Shown: positions 32,877 through 41,804, counted from the stretch's first letter. The stretch is 64,000 nt of DNA from Pseudomonadales bacterium (GCA_041686955.1 JAWLCV010000009.1:459-64458), one strand, 5' to 3'. Made by a program: numbers and translations. The notes: generated by a model from the sequence alone, not told the origin.

Positions 32877-34877
32877 ATGGATCATCGGACTTCGTCGGCA
32901 GCCGCGCTGCTGCTCGGGAGCCTCGCGCTCGCATCGCTCGGCGGCTGCGCCGCACGGCCCGAAACGGCGGATGGCGCCACTGTCGAGGCCCGCCGGATGG
33001 GCGAGCTGGAGGTCTACGGGGTGCCGGACATTCCCGCAGCGCTCACCGAGCGCCTGCAGCAGTACCGCAACACACGGGAGGCGCGGCTCGCGGGCTGGCT
33101 CGGCGATGCGGTGCTCATCGGCACGCGGTTCGGCAACACCGAGCAGCTCCACCGGGTGGACCAGCCGCTGGGCGCGCGGCATCAGCTCACGTTCTTCGCC
33201 GAGCCGGTGGCGGATGCGCTGGTGGCGGAGCAGCAGGCTCCCTCCGGCTTCGTCTACCTGCGTGACACCGGCGGATCCGAGTTCTACCAGCTCTTCTGGT
33301 ACGACCTGGCCAGCGGCGAGTCGCGACTCCTGACCGACGGCCGTTCCCGCTACACCGATGTGGTCTGGGGCAACGCCGGTGACCGTTTCGCCTACACCAC
33401 CACCGAGCGCAACGGCCGGGACTGGGACATCCACGTCCAGGATCTCGAGGGCACGGCTCAGGTGGCGCTGGAGGCGGACGGCACGGGCTGGGTGGTGGAG
33501 GACTTCGCGCCGGACGATGCTCATCTGCTGGTGTCGCGCTACGTCTCCATCAACGAGTCGTATCTCTACGAGCTGTCGCTGGAGGACGGCTCGCTCACCC
33601 CGCTCCTGGACCCCACCATCACCACCGCCATCCGCCAGGCGGAATACACCCCCGACGGCAGCGGCGTGTTCTTCACCTCGGACCTCGGCGCCGAGTTCCT
33701 TCGACTGCACCGGCTCGATCTCGCGAGCGGCGAGGTTCGGGTGCTCACCCCGGACATCGCCTGGGACGTGGAGGCGTTCGCGGTATCGCCCACGGGCGGG
33801 CACCTGGCCTTCACCGTCAACGAGGGCGGGTACTCGCGGCTGCATGTCTGGCGGCTCCCCGAGCGCGCCCCTCTGGCGCTGCCTCCGGTGCCGCGAGGCA
33901 TCATCGGCGAGCTGCACTTCCACCCCGCAGGGGACAGACTCGGCTTCTCGCTCAGTCTCCCCACGGCGCCTACGGACGTCTACAGCGTCAGCCTCACGGA
34001 GCGCACCCTCACCCAATGGACCCAGAGCGAGGTGGGGGGGCTGGATCCCGACGGGTTCGTCGCGCCCGAGCTGGTGAACTATCCCACCTTCGATCGGGTG
34101 AACGGCGAACCGAGGCGCATCCCGGCCTTCGTGTTCCGTCCCCGGGGGCCGGGCCCGCATCCCGTGTACCTTTCCATCCACGGCGGCCCGGAGGCCCAGT
34201 ACCGGCCCTACTTCTCGCCGGCGCTGCAGTTCTACGTCAACGAGCTGGGCATGGCCGTGGTGGTGCCCAACGTTCGCGGCTCCGCCGGGTACGGCAAGAG
34301 CTACCTCAAGCTCGACAACGCCGAGCGGCGGGAGGATTCGGTGAGGGACATCGGCGCGCTCCTGGACTGGATCGCCGGTCAGCCAGACCTGGACGAAGAC
34401 CGGGTGGTGGTGAGCGGCGGCTCGTACGGCGGCTACATGGTGCTGGCGTCGCTGGTGCACTACTCCGACCGCCTGGCCGCGGGGGTCGAGCGGGTGGGCA
34501 TCAGCAACTTCGTCACCTTCCTTACCCACACCGAGGATTATCGGCGCGACCTGCGCCGCGCGGAGTACGGCGACGAGCGTGACCCGGAGATGCGCGCCCT
34601 GCTGGAGCGTATATCGCCGCTCGCCAACGTGGATCGCATCCGCCGGCCGTTGCTGATCATCCAGGGCGCCAACGATCCCCGGGTGCCCGCCGGCGAGAGC
34701 CGGCAGATTCACGACGCGCTCCGCAGCCGCGGGGTGCCGGTGTGGTACGTGCTGGCGCACGACGAAGGCCACGGGTTCCGCAAGAAGTCCAACAGCGACT
34801 ACGCCGCCGCCGCCACCGTGCTGTTCCTCGAGCGCTACCTGCTCGGGGCGGAGGCGACGGCGGGGGCGGCACCGTGA
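32877..34877 (+). CDS. S9 family serine peptidase (prolyl oligopeptidase / dipeptidyl-peptidase-like) with N-terminal beta-propeller; lipoprotein signal
   Basis: ATG 32877 gives MDHRTSSAAALLLGSLALASLGG-C. The C-terminal hydrolase domain has GGSYGGYM (the catalytic Ser), IIQGANDPRVP and HDEGHGF. Confidence 0.88.
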   Translation: MDHRTSSAAALLLGSLALASLGGCAARPETADGATVEARRMGELEVYGVPDIPAALTERLQQYRNTREARLAGWLGDAVLIGTRFGNTEQLHRVDQPLGARHQLTFFAEPVADALVAEQQAPSGFVYLRDTGGSEFYQLFWYDLASGESRLLTDGRSRYTDVVWGNAGDRFAYTTTERNGRDWDIHVQDLEGTAQVALEADGTGWVVEDFAPDDAHLLVSRYVSINESYLYELSLEDGSLTPLLDPTITTAIRQAEYTPDGSGVFFTSDLGAEFLRLHRLDLASGEVRVLTPDIAWDVEAFAVSPTGGHLAFTVNEGGYSRLHVWRLPERAPLALPPVPRGIIGELHFHPAGDRLGFSLSLPTAPTDVYSVSLTERTLTQWTQSEVGGLDPDGFVAPELVNYPTFDRVNGEPRRIPAFVFRPRGPGPHPVYLSIHGGPEAQYRPYFSPALQFYVNELGMAVVVPNVRGSAGYGKSYLKLDNAERREDSVRDIGALLDWIAGQPDLDEDRVVVSGGSYGGYMVLASLVHYSDRLAAGVERVGISNFVTFLTHTEDYRRDLRRAEYGDERDPEMRALLERISPLANVDRIRRPLLIIQGANDPRVPAGESRQIHDALRSRGVPVWYVLAHDEGHGFRKKSNSDYAAAATVLFLERYLLGAEATAGAAP

Positions 34878-35905
34878 CCGCACCCGTTCGGGTCGCCGTC
34901 TGCGTGAATCCCATGTCGGGGCGCGACGTGCGCCGCCTGGCGGCCCGGGCCACCAACATGACCCACGAGGCGAAGCGGGACATCGTCGCGCGGGTGGCGG
35001 CGGGGGCCGTGGCCTCGGGCGCCACGGACCTGTACGTCACCCGGGAGCCGTTCAACATCGCCGCCGCGGCGCTCGAGTATCTGGATCTCACGGTCCGGGT
35101 GCACGTGCTCGAGCCTCGCATCCGCAACAGCGCCGAGGACACCGAGACGGCGGTGGCTGCATTTCTCGAGGCGGGCTGCCGCACCCTGGTCTCGCTGGGC
35201 GGCGACGGCACGAACCGGGCGCTGGTGCGCGCGCTCGGCCGCCGTGCCGACGCGGTGAACCTGATTCCCCTGTCCACCGGAACCAACAACGTGTTTCCGG
35301 TGCTGACGGAGCCCACCATCGCGGGGATGGCGGCGGCGCTCTGCGCGCGCGGGGACCTGGACCAGGCGCCGGTGAGGCGCCGCGCCAAAGTGATTCACGT
35401 CACCGGGACCGGCCGCTACGGGCTTCCCGTTGCCGACATCGGACTCATCGACGCGGTGCTGCTGCGTCGGGACCACGTGGGCAATTTGCTGCCCTTCGAC
35501 GCCGACCGCATCGACCGCATCTTCCTGACCCGCGCGGAACCGGACGCCATCGGCATGTCGCCCATCGGCGGCCTGCTGCACCCGGTGGACGCCGGGGCCG
35601 ACGAGGGTCTGCTGGTGCAGATGGGCCCGGGCCAGCGGTTTCAGGCGCCGGTGTCGCCCGGTCTGTTCCGCGAGGTCAGCGTCGCCAGCGCCACCCCGGT
35701 TCCGCTGGGTCAGCCGGTGACGTTCCCGGGAGAAGGTGTTCTGGCGCTGGACGGTGACCGGGATCACAAGATTCCCGCCGGGGCGGAGTTGACACTCACC
35801 ATCCGGCGCGACGGGCCCTGGGTGGTGGACGTGTCCGCCGCGCTGCGCTGGGCGGTAGCCCAGGGTATCATTGCCGGCTCATCGGAACGGCAAGCATTTC
35901 CATGA
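34874..35905 (+). CDS. ATP-NAD kinase family protein (AcoX-like)
   Basis: GTG 34874 overlaps the peptidase stop (GTGA). The VSLGGDGTNRALV motif is of the NAD-kinase/DAG-kinase fold. About 343 aa, like AcoX-type proteins. Confidence 0.75.
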   Translation: MTAPVRVAVCVNPMSGRDVRRLAARATNMTHEAKRDIVARVAAGAVASGATDLYVTREPFNIAAAALEYLDLTVRVHVLEPRIRNSAEDTETAVAAFLEAGCRTLVSLGGDGTNRALVRALGRRADAVNLIPLSTGTNNVFPVLTEPTIAGMAAALCARGDLDQAPVRRRAKVIHVTGTGRYGLPVADIGLIDAVLLRRDHVGNLLPFDADRIDRIFLTRAEPDAIGMSPIGGLLHPVDAGADEGLLVQMGPGQRFQAPVSPGLFREVSVASATPVPLGQPVTFPGEGVLALDGDRDHKIPAGAELTLTIRRDGPWVVDVSAALRWAVAQGIIAGSSERQAFP

Positions 35906-37086
35906 TCGTGAAGCCCAGAATCCGCGGATTCATATGCACCACTGCGCACCCGGCCGGCTGCGCCGCCCACGTACGGGAACAGATCGACTACGTGAAGAGT
36001 CGTCCGAAGGTGGAGGCGGAGGTTCGCAAGGTGCTGGTGCTGGGGGCGTCCGGCGGTTACGGCCTGGCGTCGAGGATCGTCGCCGCCATCGGCTGCGGTG
36101 CCGCGACTCTGGGTGTCTCCTTCGAGAAACCACCCGCCGAGGACAAGACGGCCACCGCCGGCTGGTACAACAACATCGCCTTCGAGGAAGCGGCCACGGC
36201 CGCCGGCCTGTACGCGAAGACGCTGGACGGCGACGCCTTCTCGGATGCGATGAAGGCCCGGGTGGTGGAGACCATCCGCGAGGATCTCGGGCAGATCGAC
36301 ATGCTGGTCTACAGCCTGGCCTCGCCGGTACGTCAGCATCCGAAGACGGGGGAGCTGTTCCGCTCGGTGATCAAGCCCCTGGCCGAGCCGGTGCACATCA
36401 AGACCCTGCACGTGGATCGGGGCGTGGTGCACGAGGTGGACCTGGAGCCCGCCACCGAGGAGGAGACCCGGGCCACCGTCGCCGTCATGGGCGGCGAGGA
36501 CTGGGAGATGTGGATCGACGCGCTCCGCCAGGCCGGGGTGCTGGCGGAAGGCTTCCGCACCATGGCCTTCACCTACATCGGCAGCGACCTCACCTGGCCC
36601 ATCTACTGGAAGGGCACCCTGGGGAAGGCCAAGGAAGACCTGGACCGGGCCGCGGCGGCGCTGCGCGGGCGGCTCGAGGGGCTTCACGGCGACGCCCGGG
36701 TGGCCACCCTGAAGGCCATCGTCAGTCAGGCCAGCGCGGCGATCCCCGTGGTGCCGTTGTACGCGTCGCTGCTGTTCCGGGTGATGAAGGAAGCGGGGGT
36801 CCACGAGGAGACCATCGAGCACATCTACCGGCTGTTCGACACCCAGCTCGCCGGCGGCGACATGAACCTCGACGACGAGGGGCGCATCCGGGTGGACGAC
36901 GTGGAGCTCTCGGATCCCATCCAGGACGAAGTCCGCAGGCGCTGGCCCCTGGTGACCACCGAGAACCTGAGCGAGCTCGCGGACCTGGAAGGCTTCCGGC
37001 GGGACTTTCTGAAGATCTTCGGCTTCGGCATCGACGGCGTGGACTACGACGCCGACCAGGACCCTACCCTGGGGCGCAACGTCTAG
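35902..37086 (+). CDS. fabV: trans-2-enoyl-ACP/CoA reductase (NADH), FabV type
   Basis: MIVKPRIRGFICTTAHPAGC...VLVLGASGGYGLASRI...MLVYSLASP; 394 aa. The very characteristic FabV N-terminus is present. ATG overlaps the upstream stop (ATGA). Confidence 0.92.
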   Translation: MIVKPRIRGFICTTAHPAGCAAHVREQIDYVKSRPKVEAEVRKVLVLGASGGYGLASRIVAAIGCGAATLGVSFEKPPAEDKTATAGWYNNIAFEEAATAAGLYAKTLDGDAFSDAMKARVVETIREDLGQIDMLVYSLASPVRQHPKTGELFRSVIKPLAEPVHIKTLHVDRGVVHEVDLEPATEEETRATVAVMGGEDWEMWIDALRQAGVLAEGFRTMAFTYIGSDLTWPIYWKGTLGKAKEDLDRAAAALRGRLEGLHGDARVATLKAIVSQASAAIPVVPLYASLLFRVMKEAGVHEETIEHIYRLFDTQLAGGDMNLDDEGRIRVDDVELSDPIQDEVRRRWPLVTTENLSELADLEGFRRDFLKIFGFGIDGVDYDADQDPTLGRNV

Positions 37087-37194
37087 TTCCCCCGAGGCGG
37101 AGCCGGGACCCCGGCGCCGAGCCGGGGCTGCGGCGCACAGCATCGTCCGAAGGCGCCGGTAGTCCGCCGGAGACGCGGCCGGCAGGCTGCCGGC

Positions 37195-38391
37195 ATGCGC
37201 ATCCGCCGATTCCATCAGCGCGCACGCCCGTTCCGCTTCGCCGGATTCTGGGTGCTGGCGCTCTCGTGCCTGGCGTCCGCCGGCGCCGGGCGCACGTCCT
37301 GGCAGACCGCCGTTGCCGTGACCTTCGCCGTGGCCTGGCCTTTCCTGGTGGAACGGCTGCACCGCCGGACGGCCGCGGACGACGCCGGGCCGGTACGCTT
37401 TCAGCTATGGGCCTACGTCGGGGAATGTGCCGTGGTGGCGGCAGTCCTCGCCTGGGCGAGCCTGGCGCCGCTGCCGGCGCTGGCGGTGGCCGTTTGCCTG
37501 CTGGCCGGGGCCACGGCGCTGGCGGGCTGGCGGTTGCTGCTGCCGGCGGCCGCTGCGGCGGGTGCCGGGGCGTGGCTGGGTCTCGGCTGGGCCCCGGCCG
37601 TGACCGCGGCGTCCACGGCGGCGGCGGACGCCGTGGCCATGACGCTGATTCTCGGTTTCTCTCTGGCTCTGGGCTGGCTGGCGTTTCGCCAGGCTCAGCG
37701 CCTGGATGCCCAGCGGCTGGCGTTGGCCCAGCGTTCCGTCGAGCTAGAGCGGGTGAACCGGCGCATGGAACGGTACCTGCCCCCGAGCCTGCGGGCGCGC
37801 CTGCACCAGGACCCGGAGCGGCCGTGCCGCTGGGAACGACGTTGGTTGACCGTGGTCTTCGTCGATCTGGTGGGCTTCACCGAGCTCTCCGAGGTGCTGG
37901 ACGCGGAGCCCTTGGCGGGCGTCCTGGACGAATACCTGGGGGCCGTGGTGTCCGCCGCGGAAGAGCGCGGCGGCGAGGTATCCAAGCTCCTCGGCGACGG
38001 CGTCATGGTGGTGTTCGGTGGGCGCGAAGGCGGCAGCCGGCGCTGTCAGGTGGAGGCGGCCCTGACGTTCTGCGAAGCGGTGCCGGCGGTGCTGGCCGGG
38101 CTCTCGGCAAGGTGGCGCGCCCGCGGCGACCTGGTGGACCTGCAGATGCGTGCCGGCGTGGCCAGCGGCTTCTGCACCCTGGGTGATCGCGGCGGCGCGG
38201 AACGGCTGGATTTCACTCTCATCGGCGGCCCGGTCAATCTGTCCAGCCGCCTGCAGGCCCACGCCGCCGCGAACGGCGTGCTCATGGACGCGGCCAGCGC
38301 GGCCCTCGCCGAGCAGTCCCGCCGGCTGGGAGCGCCCCAAACCGTGGAGCTCAAGGGCCTGGGCAGCCTGCCTGCTTACCCGCTTCCGTGA
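37195..38391 (+). CDS. membrane-anchored class III adenylate/guanylate cyclase
   Basis: An N-terminal region of about 190 aa with multiple hydrophobic segments, then the cyclase homology domain WLTVVFVDLVGFTELSE...LLGDGVMVVFG...DFTLIGGPVNLSSRL. Confidence 0.85.
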   Translation: MRIRRFHQRARPFRFAGFWVLALSCLASAGAGRTSWQTAVAVTFAVAWPFLVERLHRRTAADDAGPVRFQLWAYVGECAVVAAVLAWASLAPLPALAVAVCLLAGATALAGWRLLLPAAAAAGAGAWLGLGWAPAVTAASTAAADAVAMTLILGFSLALGWLAFRQAQRLDAQRLALAQRSVELERVNRRMERYLPPSLRARLHQDPERPCRWERRWLTVVFVDLVGFTELSEVLDAEPLAGVLDEYLGAVVSAAEERGGEVSKLLGDGVMVVFGGREGGSRRCQVEAALTFCEAVPAVLAGLSARWRARGDLVDLQMRAGVASGFCTLGDRGGAERLDFTLIGGPVNLSSRLQAHAAANGVLMDAASAALAEQSRRLGAPQTVELKGLGSLPAYPLP

Positions 38392-38444
38392 CGCCTGCCG
38401 CGTCTGTTATGGTGCCGGCGCTTTCCGCGTTTCGCGAGACTCCC

Positions 38445-39473
38445 ATGGACAAGGTATTCCTTCAGGCTTGCCGGGGCGAGCCCACGCCCTACACGCCCAT
38501 CTGGTTGAACAGACAGGCGGGCCGCTACATGCCCGAGTACCACCAGGTGAAGGGCGACACCCCGAGCCTGGAGTTCTTCAAGAATCCGGAGCTGGCGGCC
38601 CGGGCGACCCTGGACGCTCAGCGCATCCTCGGGGTGGATGCCGCCATTCTGTTCGCCGATCTGCTGCCCATCCTGGAGCCCATGGGTCTGGCCCTGGACT
38701 ACCGGGCCGGGGAAGGCCCGGTCTTCGCGAACCCCTTGCGCACCGCCGCCGAGGTGGACCGCCTGCGGGTGACGCCGGCACTGGAGGCCACGCCCTACAT
38801 CGCGGAAACGGTGAAGAACGTTCTCGCGGAGCTGCCGCGCGACATCGCGCTCATCGGCTTCGCCGGCGCCCCGTTCACCCTGGCGTCCTACGCCATCGAA
38901 GGACGGGGCTCGCGCAACTACATCCACGTCAAGAAGCTCATGTATCAGGCTCCGGACGTCTGGGAGCGCCTCATGACCAAGCTGGTGACCCAGGTAACCA
39001 GCTACCTGGAGCTGCAGATCGCGGCCGGGGTGGATGCGGTGCAGATCTTCGATACCTGGGTCGGCTGCCTGTCGGTGCCGGACTTCCGCCGTTACGTGCT
39101 GCCCCACCTGGAGCGGCTGGTGGCGAACCTCGCGGGAAAGGTGCCGGTGATCTATTTCGGGACCGGCAACGGTCACCTGCTGGCGGATACCTGCCGTGCG
39201 TCCCCGGACGTGCTGGCGCTGGACTGGCGGGTGCCGCTGGGGGCCACGTGGCAGGCGCTCGGCGTCACGGCGGTGCAGGGCAACCTCGACCCCATCGTGC
39301 TCTGCGCCGACCGGCCGACCGTGGCGAGCCAGGCCCGGTCCGTGCTCGAGGAGGCCGGCGGGCGCCCCGGGCACATCTTCAACCTCGGCCACGGCATCGT
39401 CCCGGAAACCCCGGTGGACAACGTCAAATATCTGGTTGAGTTCGTTCATGAGCAATCCGCCCGCCAGCGTTGA
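38445..39473 (+). CDS. hemE: uroporphyrinogen decarboxylase
   Basis: ATG 38445 gives MDKVFLQACRGEPTPYTPIWLNRQAGRYMPEY, the HemE signature. 342 aa. The track start 38388 overlaps the cyclase gene. Confidence 0.92.
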   Translation: MDKVFLQACRGEPTPYTPIWLNRQAGRYMPEYHQVKGDTPSLEFFKNPELAARATLDAQRILGVDAAILFADLLPILEPMGLALDYRAGEGPVFANPLRTAAEVDRLRVTPALEATPYIAETVKNVLAELPRDIALIGFAGAPFTLASYAIEGRGSRNYIHVKKLMYQAPDVWERLMTKLVTQVTSYLELQIAAGVDAVQIFDTWVGCLSVPDFRRYVLPHLERLVANLAGKVPVIYFGTGNGHLLADTCRASPDVLALDWRVPLGATWQALGVTAVQGNLDPIVLCADRPTVASQARSVLEEAGGRPGHIFNLGHGIVPETPVDNVKYLVEFVHEQSARQR

Positions 39474-39873
39474 GCGGGCCCTGGATGTCTGCCTGTCCGC
39501 CGCTTTCTGGCTGCCGCTGGTGGTGTGCACCTACCTGGCGGTGACGCCGAGCCCGCCGGATGCGCTTTTTCGGGTGAGCGACGTGGTGCTCCACGCCCTG
39601 GCGTTCAGCTACCTCACCTTGGCGCTCGGTCTGGCGCACCGCCAGCGGCTGCCCGCGGTGGCCGCGTGGATGCTGGGCTACGGGGTTCTGATCGAGGTGC
39701 TGCAGAGCTTCACGGCGGAGCGCAGCCCCGAGATCAAGGACCTGCTGGTGGACACCGGCGGCATCGTCCTCGGCCTCGGGCTGCTGCATTCAGCGGGCCA
39801 TACGCTCCGCCGCTGGGGCGGCAGTATCCTGGCGCGGTTGGTGGGGCGCGGCGAGGTCGGCGGCGAGCCGTGA
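39448..39873 (+). CDS. VanZ family membrane protein
   Basis: 141 aa with four hydrophobic segments. The VLHALAFSYLTLAL...GYGVLIEVLQSF...E..DLLVDTGGIVLG pattern is typical of VanZ-like proteins. The start overlaps the hemE 3' end. Confidence 0.7.
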   Translation: MSNPPASVERALDVCLSAAFWLPLVVCTYLAVTPSPPDALFRVSDVVLHALAFSYLTLALGLAHRQRLPAVAAWMLGYGVLIEVLQSFTAERSPEIKDLLVDTGGIVLGLGLLHSAGHTLRRWGGSILARLVGRGEVGGEP

Positions 39874-39885
39874 GTCGAGCGCTGG

Positions 39886-40308
39886 TCAGCGCTCGAACAA
39901 CTGCCTGGCCATGTCGGCGAAGGCCTTGAACTCCAGCGCGTTGCCGCTGGGGTCGAGAAAGAACAACGTGGCCTGCTCCCCGGGCTGTCCCTGGAAGCGC
40001 ACGTGGGGCTCGATGACGAACTCCGTTCCCGCTTTCCGCAGGCGCTCGGCCAGGGCCTGCCACTCGGGCATCTCCAGCACCACGCCGAAGTGCGGTACCG
40101 GCACCTGGTCCCCGTCCACCGGGTTGTGATGCAGCTCCGCCGGTCCGCCGGGGGCGAGATGACAGACGAGCTGGTGGCCGTACAGATCGAAGTCCACCCA
40201 GGTCTCGGCGCTGCGGCCTTCCGGGCAGCGGAGCAGGCCCCCGTAGAAGTCTCGCGCCTCGGCCAGGTCGCGCACGCGGATAGCGAGGTGAAACGGGGTG
40301 AGCGGCAT
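39886..40308 (-). CDS. VOC (glyoxalase/bleomycin-resistance/dioxygenase) family protein
   Basis: 140 aa. [22 protein letters not shown]...HFGVVL...[13 protein letters not shown] is the typical VOC beta-alpha-beta-beta-beta module. Confidence 0.8.
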   Translation of the reverse strand: MPLTPFHLAIRVRDLAEARDFYGGLLRCPEGRSAETWVDFDLYGHQLVCHLAPGGPAELHHNPVDGDQVPVPHFGVVLEMPEWQALAERLRKAGTEFVIEPHVRFQGQPGEQATLFFLDPSGNALEFKAFADMARQLFER

Positions 40309-40642
40309 GTTCTTCTCTCCTGATGGTCCCGCCGAGCGGTGCCGGCGCGAAGCTGCGGCTCCGCCTCTGAAACCATTCTCGGCCGATGTGAGTGGCCTGT
40401 TACCGGCTCGAGCGGGGGGTTTTGAAGTACGTCAACCAGGGCGCACGGCCGGCTTCCCCTGCGCTGCAGCTTGATCCTATACTCGCCTTGTTAGACCCGC
40501 GCCCCGAATTGCCTTCAGAGTCTCTGCTCGTGGATAACTCGGTATCAAGTCTGATGAGGGAGCCCCCGGGCTCTTCAGTGGAAGTCATTGTACGCCGATT
40601 GATGGCCGCGGTGCTGCGTACGGAACTGCTTGAGCGAAAGTG

Positions 40643-40891
40643 ATGAAGAAACTATATGTTGGCAACCTGCCCTGGAACGTAACCGACAGCGAACTGGAGG
40701 CCTACTTCGCTGGGGTAGGTCAGGTTCTCTCCGCTCGCGTGATCACAGATAGAGACACCGGGCGCTCGCGAGGCTTCGGCTTCGTGGAGATGGACGACGC
40801 TGGCGGCACGAAAGCCATTGCGGAGTTGAACGGCAAGGACATGGGCGGCCGCGCCCTGCGGGTCAACGAAGCCAACGAGCGCCGTCGCTGA
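40643..40891 (+). CDS. RRM-type RNA-binding protein
   Basis: MKKLYVGNLPWNVTDSELEAYF (RNP2) and RGFGFVEM (RNP1). 82 aa. GTG 40640 is an alternative start one codon upstream. Confidence 0.9.
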   Translation: MKKLYVGNLPWNVTDSELEAYFAGVGQVLSARVITDRDTGRSRGFGFVEMDDAGGTKAIAELNGKDMGGRALRVNEANERRR

Positions 40892-40902
40892 CGTGACGGC
40901 CC

Positions 40903-40930
40903 ACGCCCGCCGTCGGTAGGCGGCGGGCGT
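40903..40930 (+). terminator. 10-bp GC hairpin downstream of the RRM gene (candidate terminator)
   Basis: ACGCCCGCCG (40903-40912) pairs perfectly with CGGCGGGCGT (40921-40930) around an 8-nt loop. It is followed by TTCAGCGG, a weak U-tract. Confidence 0.45.
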
Positions 40931-40970
40931 TCAGCGGAAGACCGATTCTTCCAGCAGGCCGGGCTGCTGG

Positions 40971-41246
40971 TCAGATGCCCATGCGTCCCAGGGCGTTCAT
41001 CAGCTCGCGGAAGAAGCGTTCCGTGTTGGGGTGCTGAGCGGCGAAGTCCGCTGCCAGCAGCTCCAGCCGCTCGCGCAGCCCCTCCGCTTCGGCGGTGGGA
41101 TTGCTCTCCCGGCTGGCGAGCAGCGCATGAATGTCGTCGTCCACCTCCTGCAACAGCGACCGCAGGTCGTCGTCCAGCTCTGGAGTCTTTTCCAGCTCCT
41201 GATGGAGCTCGTTCAAGGTGGTCTTGATGTCGCGGCTGTTGGCCAT
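40971..41246 (-). CDS. DUF4404 family protein
   Basis: 91 aa. LNELHQELEKTPELDDDLRSLLQEVDDDIHALL...FAAQHPNTERFFRELMNALGRMGI matches the DUF4404 pattern from memory. Confidence 0.75.
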   Translation of the reverse strand: MANSRDIKTTLNELHQELEKTPELDDDLRSLLQEVDDDIHALLASRESNPTAEAEGLRERLELLAADFAAQHPNTERFFRELMNALGRMGI

Positions 41247-41292
41247 GGACCTTCCACTACCCGGTGACTGCCAGCGGTCATCTTACAACGCG

Positions 41293-41382
41293 GGCCCGCG
41301 CATCGCCGCCGGCCCGCGCATCGCCGCCGGCCCGCGCATCGCCGCCGGCCCGCGCATCGCCGCCGGCCCGCGCATCCCCGCG
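41293..41382. repeat. 18-bp tandem repeat: 4 perfect copies plus 1 degenerate copy of GGCCCGCGCATCGCCGCC
   Basis: Read directly: 41293-41310, 41311-41328, 41329-41346 and 41347-41364 are identical. 41365-41382 has 3 mismatches. Intergenic, just upstream of the DUF4404 gene start. Confidence 0.95.
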
Positions 41383-41411
41383 GGGCCGGTTCGGCAGCCG
41401 ACCGCCCGACG

Positions 41412-41792
41412 TCAGCGATAGAGGGCCTCGCGCCCGTAGCGCACCTCCAGGGCCACGCGCTCGGCCTTCGGCAGCTTGCGCACCACCAGGGCGTAGGAGC
41501 GGTCCATCATCCGTTCCAGCTCCGGTGCCGGGATGGAACCGTCCAGCCGCACTGTGTTCCAGTGCGCCTTGTTCATGTGGTAGCCCGGGGTGACCGCGTC
41601 GAACACGTCGCGCAGCATCAGCGCTTCCTCCGGGTCGCACTTCAGGTTCATGCGCGCCTGGCCGTCCTCCTCCGCCAGGGTGGCGAACATGCGGCCGCGA
41701 ACCTTGGCCACCCACACGTCGGGGCCGAACGGATGATCTTCCGTCGCCTCCGGGCGGCTCAGCAGGTAGTCGCGAGCGCTCTGGTAATCCAT
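41412..41792 (-). CDS. MmcQ/YjbR family DNA-binding protein
   Basis: 126 aa. HPFGPDVWVAKVRGRMFATL...NLKCDPE...GYHMNKAHWNTV is typical of YjbR/MmcQ. Confidence 0.8.
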   Translation of the reverse strand: MDYQSARDYLLSRPEATEDHPFGPDVWVAKVRGRMFATLAEEDGQARMNLKCDPEEALMLRDVFDAVTPGYHMNKAHWNTVRLDGSIPAPELERMMDRSYALVVRKLPKAERVALEVRYGREALYR

Positions 41793-41804
41793 GGTCGTCC
41801 CGGT

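Noticed and set aside
38388-38444. Longer N-terminal extensions offered by the ORF track for hemE (38388), gcvT (17389), gcvH (19085), rppH (24691), ilvE (54349), the S9 peptidase (32154), the MFS gene (43062), the Ldt gene (42852), the DUF2784 gene (43372) and serA (9417)
   Set aside because: Each extension overlaps the preceding gene or adds residues absent from remembered homologs. Internal starts that restore the canonical N-terminal signatures were preferred.
40551-40583. Hammerhead-ribozyme-like CUGAUGA ... hairpin ... GAA in the rbp leader
   Set aside because: The hairpin (GAGCC/GGCUC) is separated from CUGAUGA by extra Gs, and from GAA by UUCAGUG. There is no GAAA immediately 3' of stem II, and no stems I/III or cleavage-site context that I could build. 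Probably coincidence.
41293-41382. CRISPR array (also considered for 49692..49781)
   Set aside because: The repeats are directly abutting with no spacers, the units are only 15-18 bp, and there are no cas genes. These are tandem minisatellites, not CRISPR.
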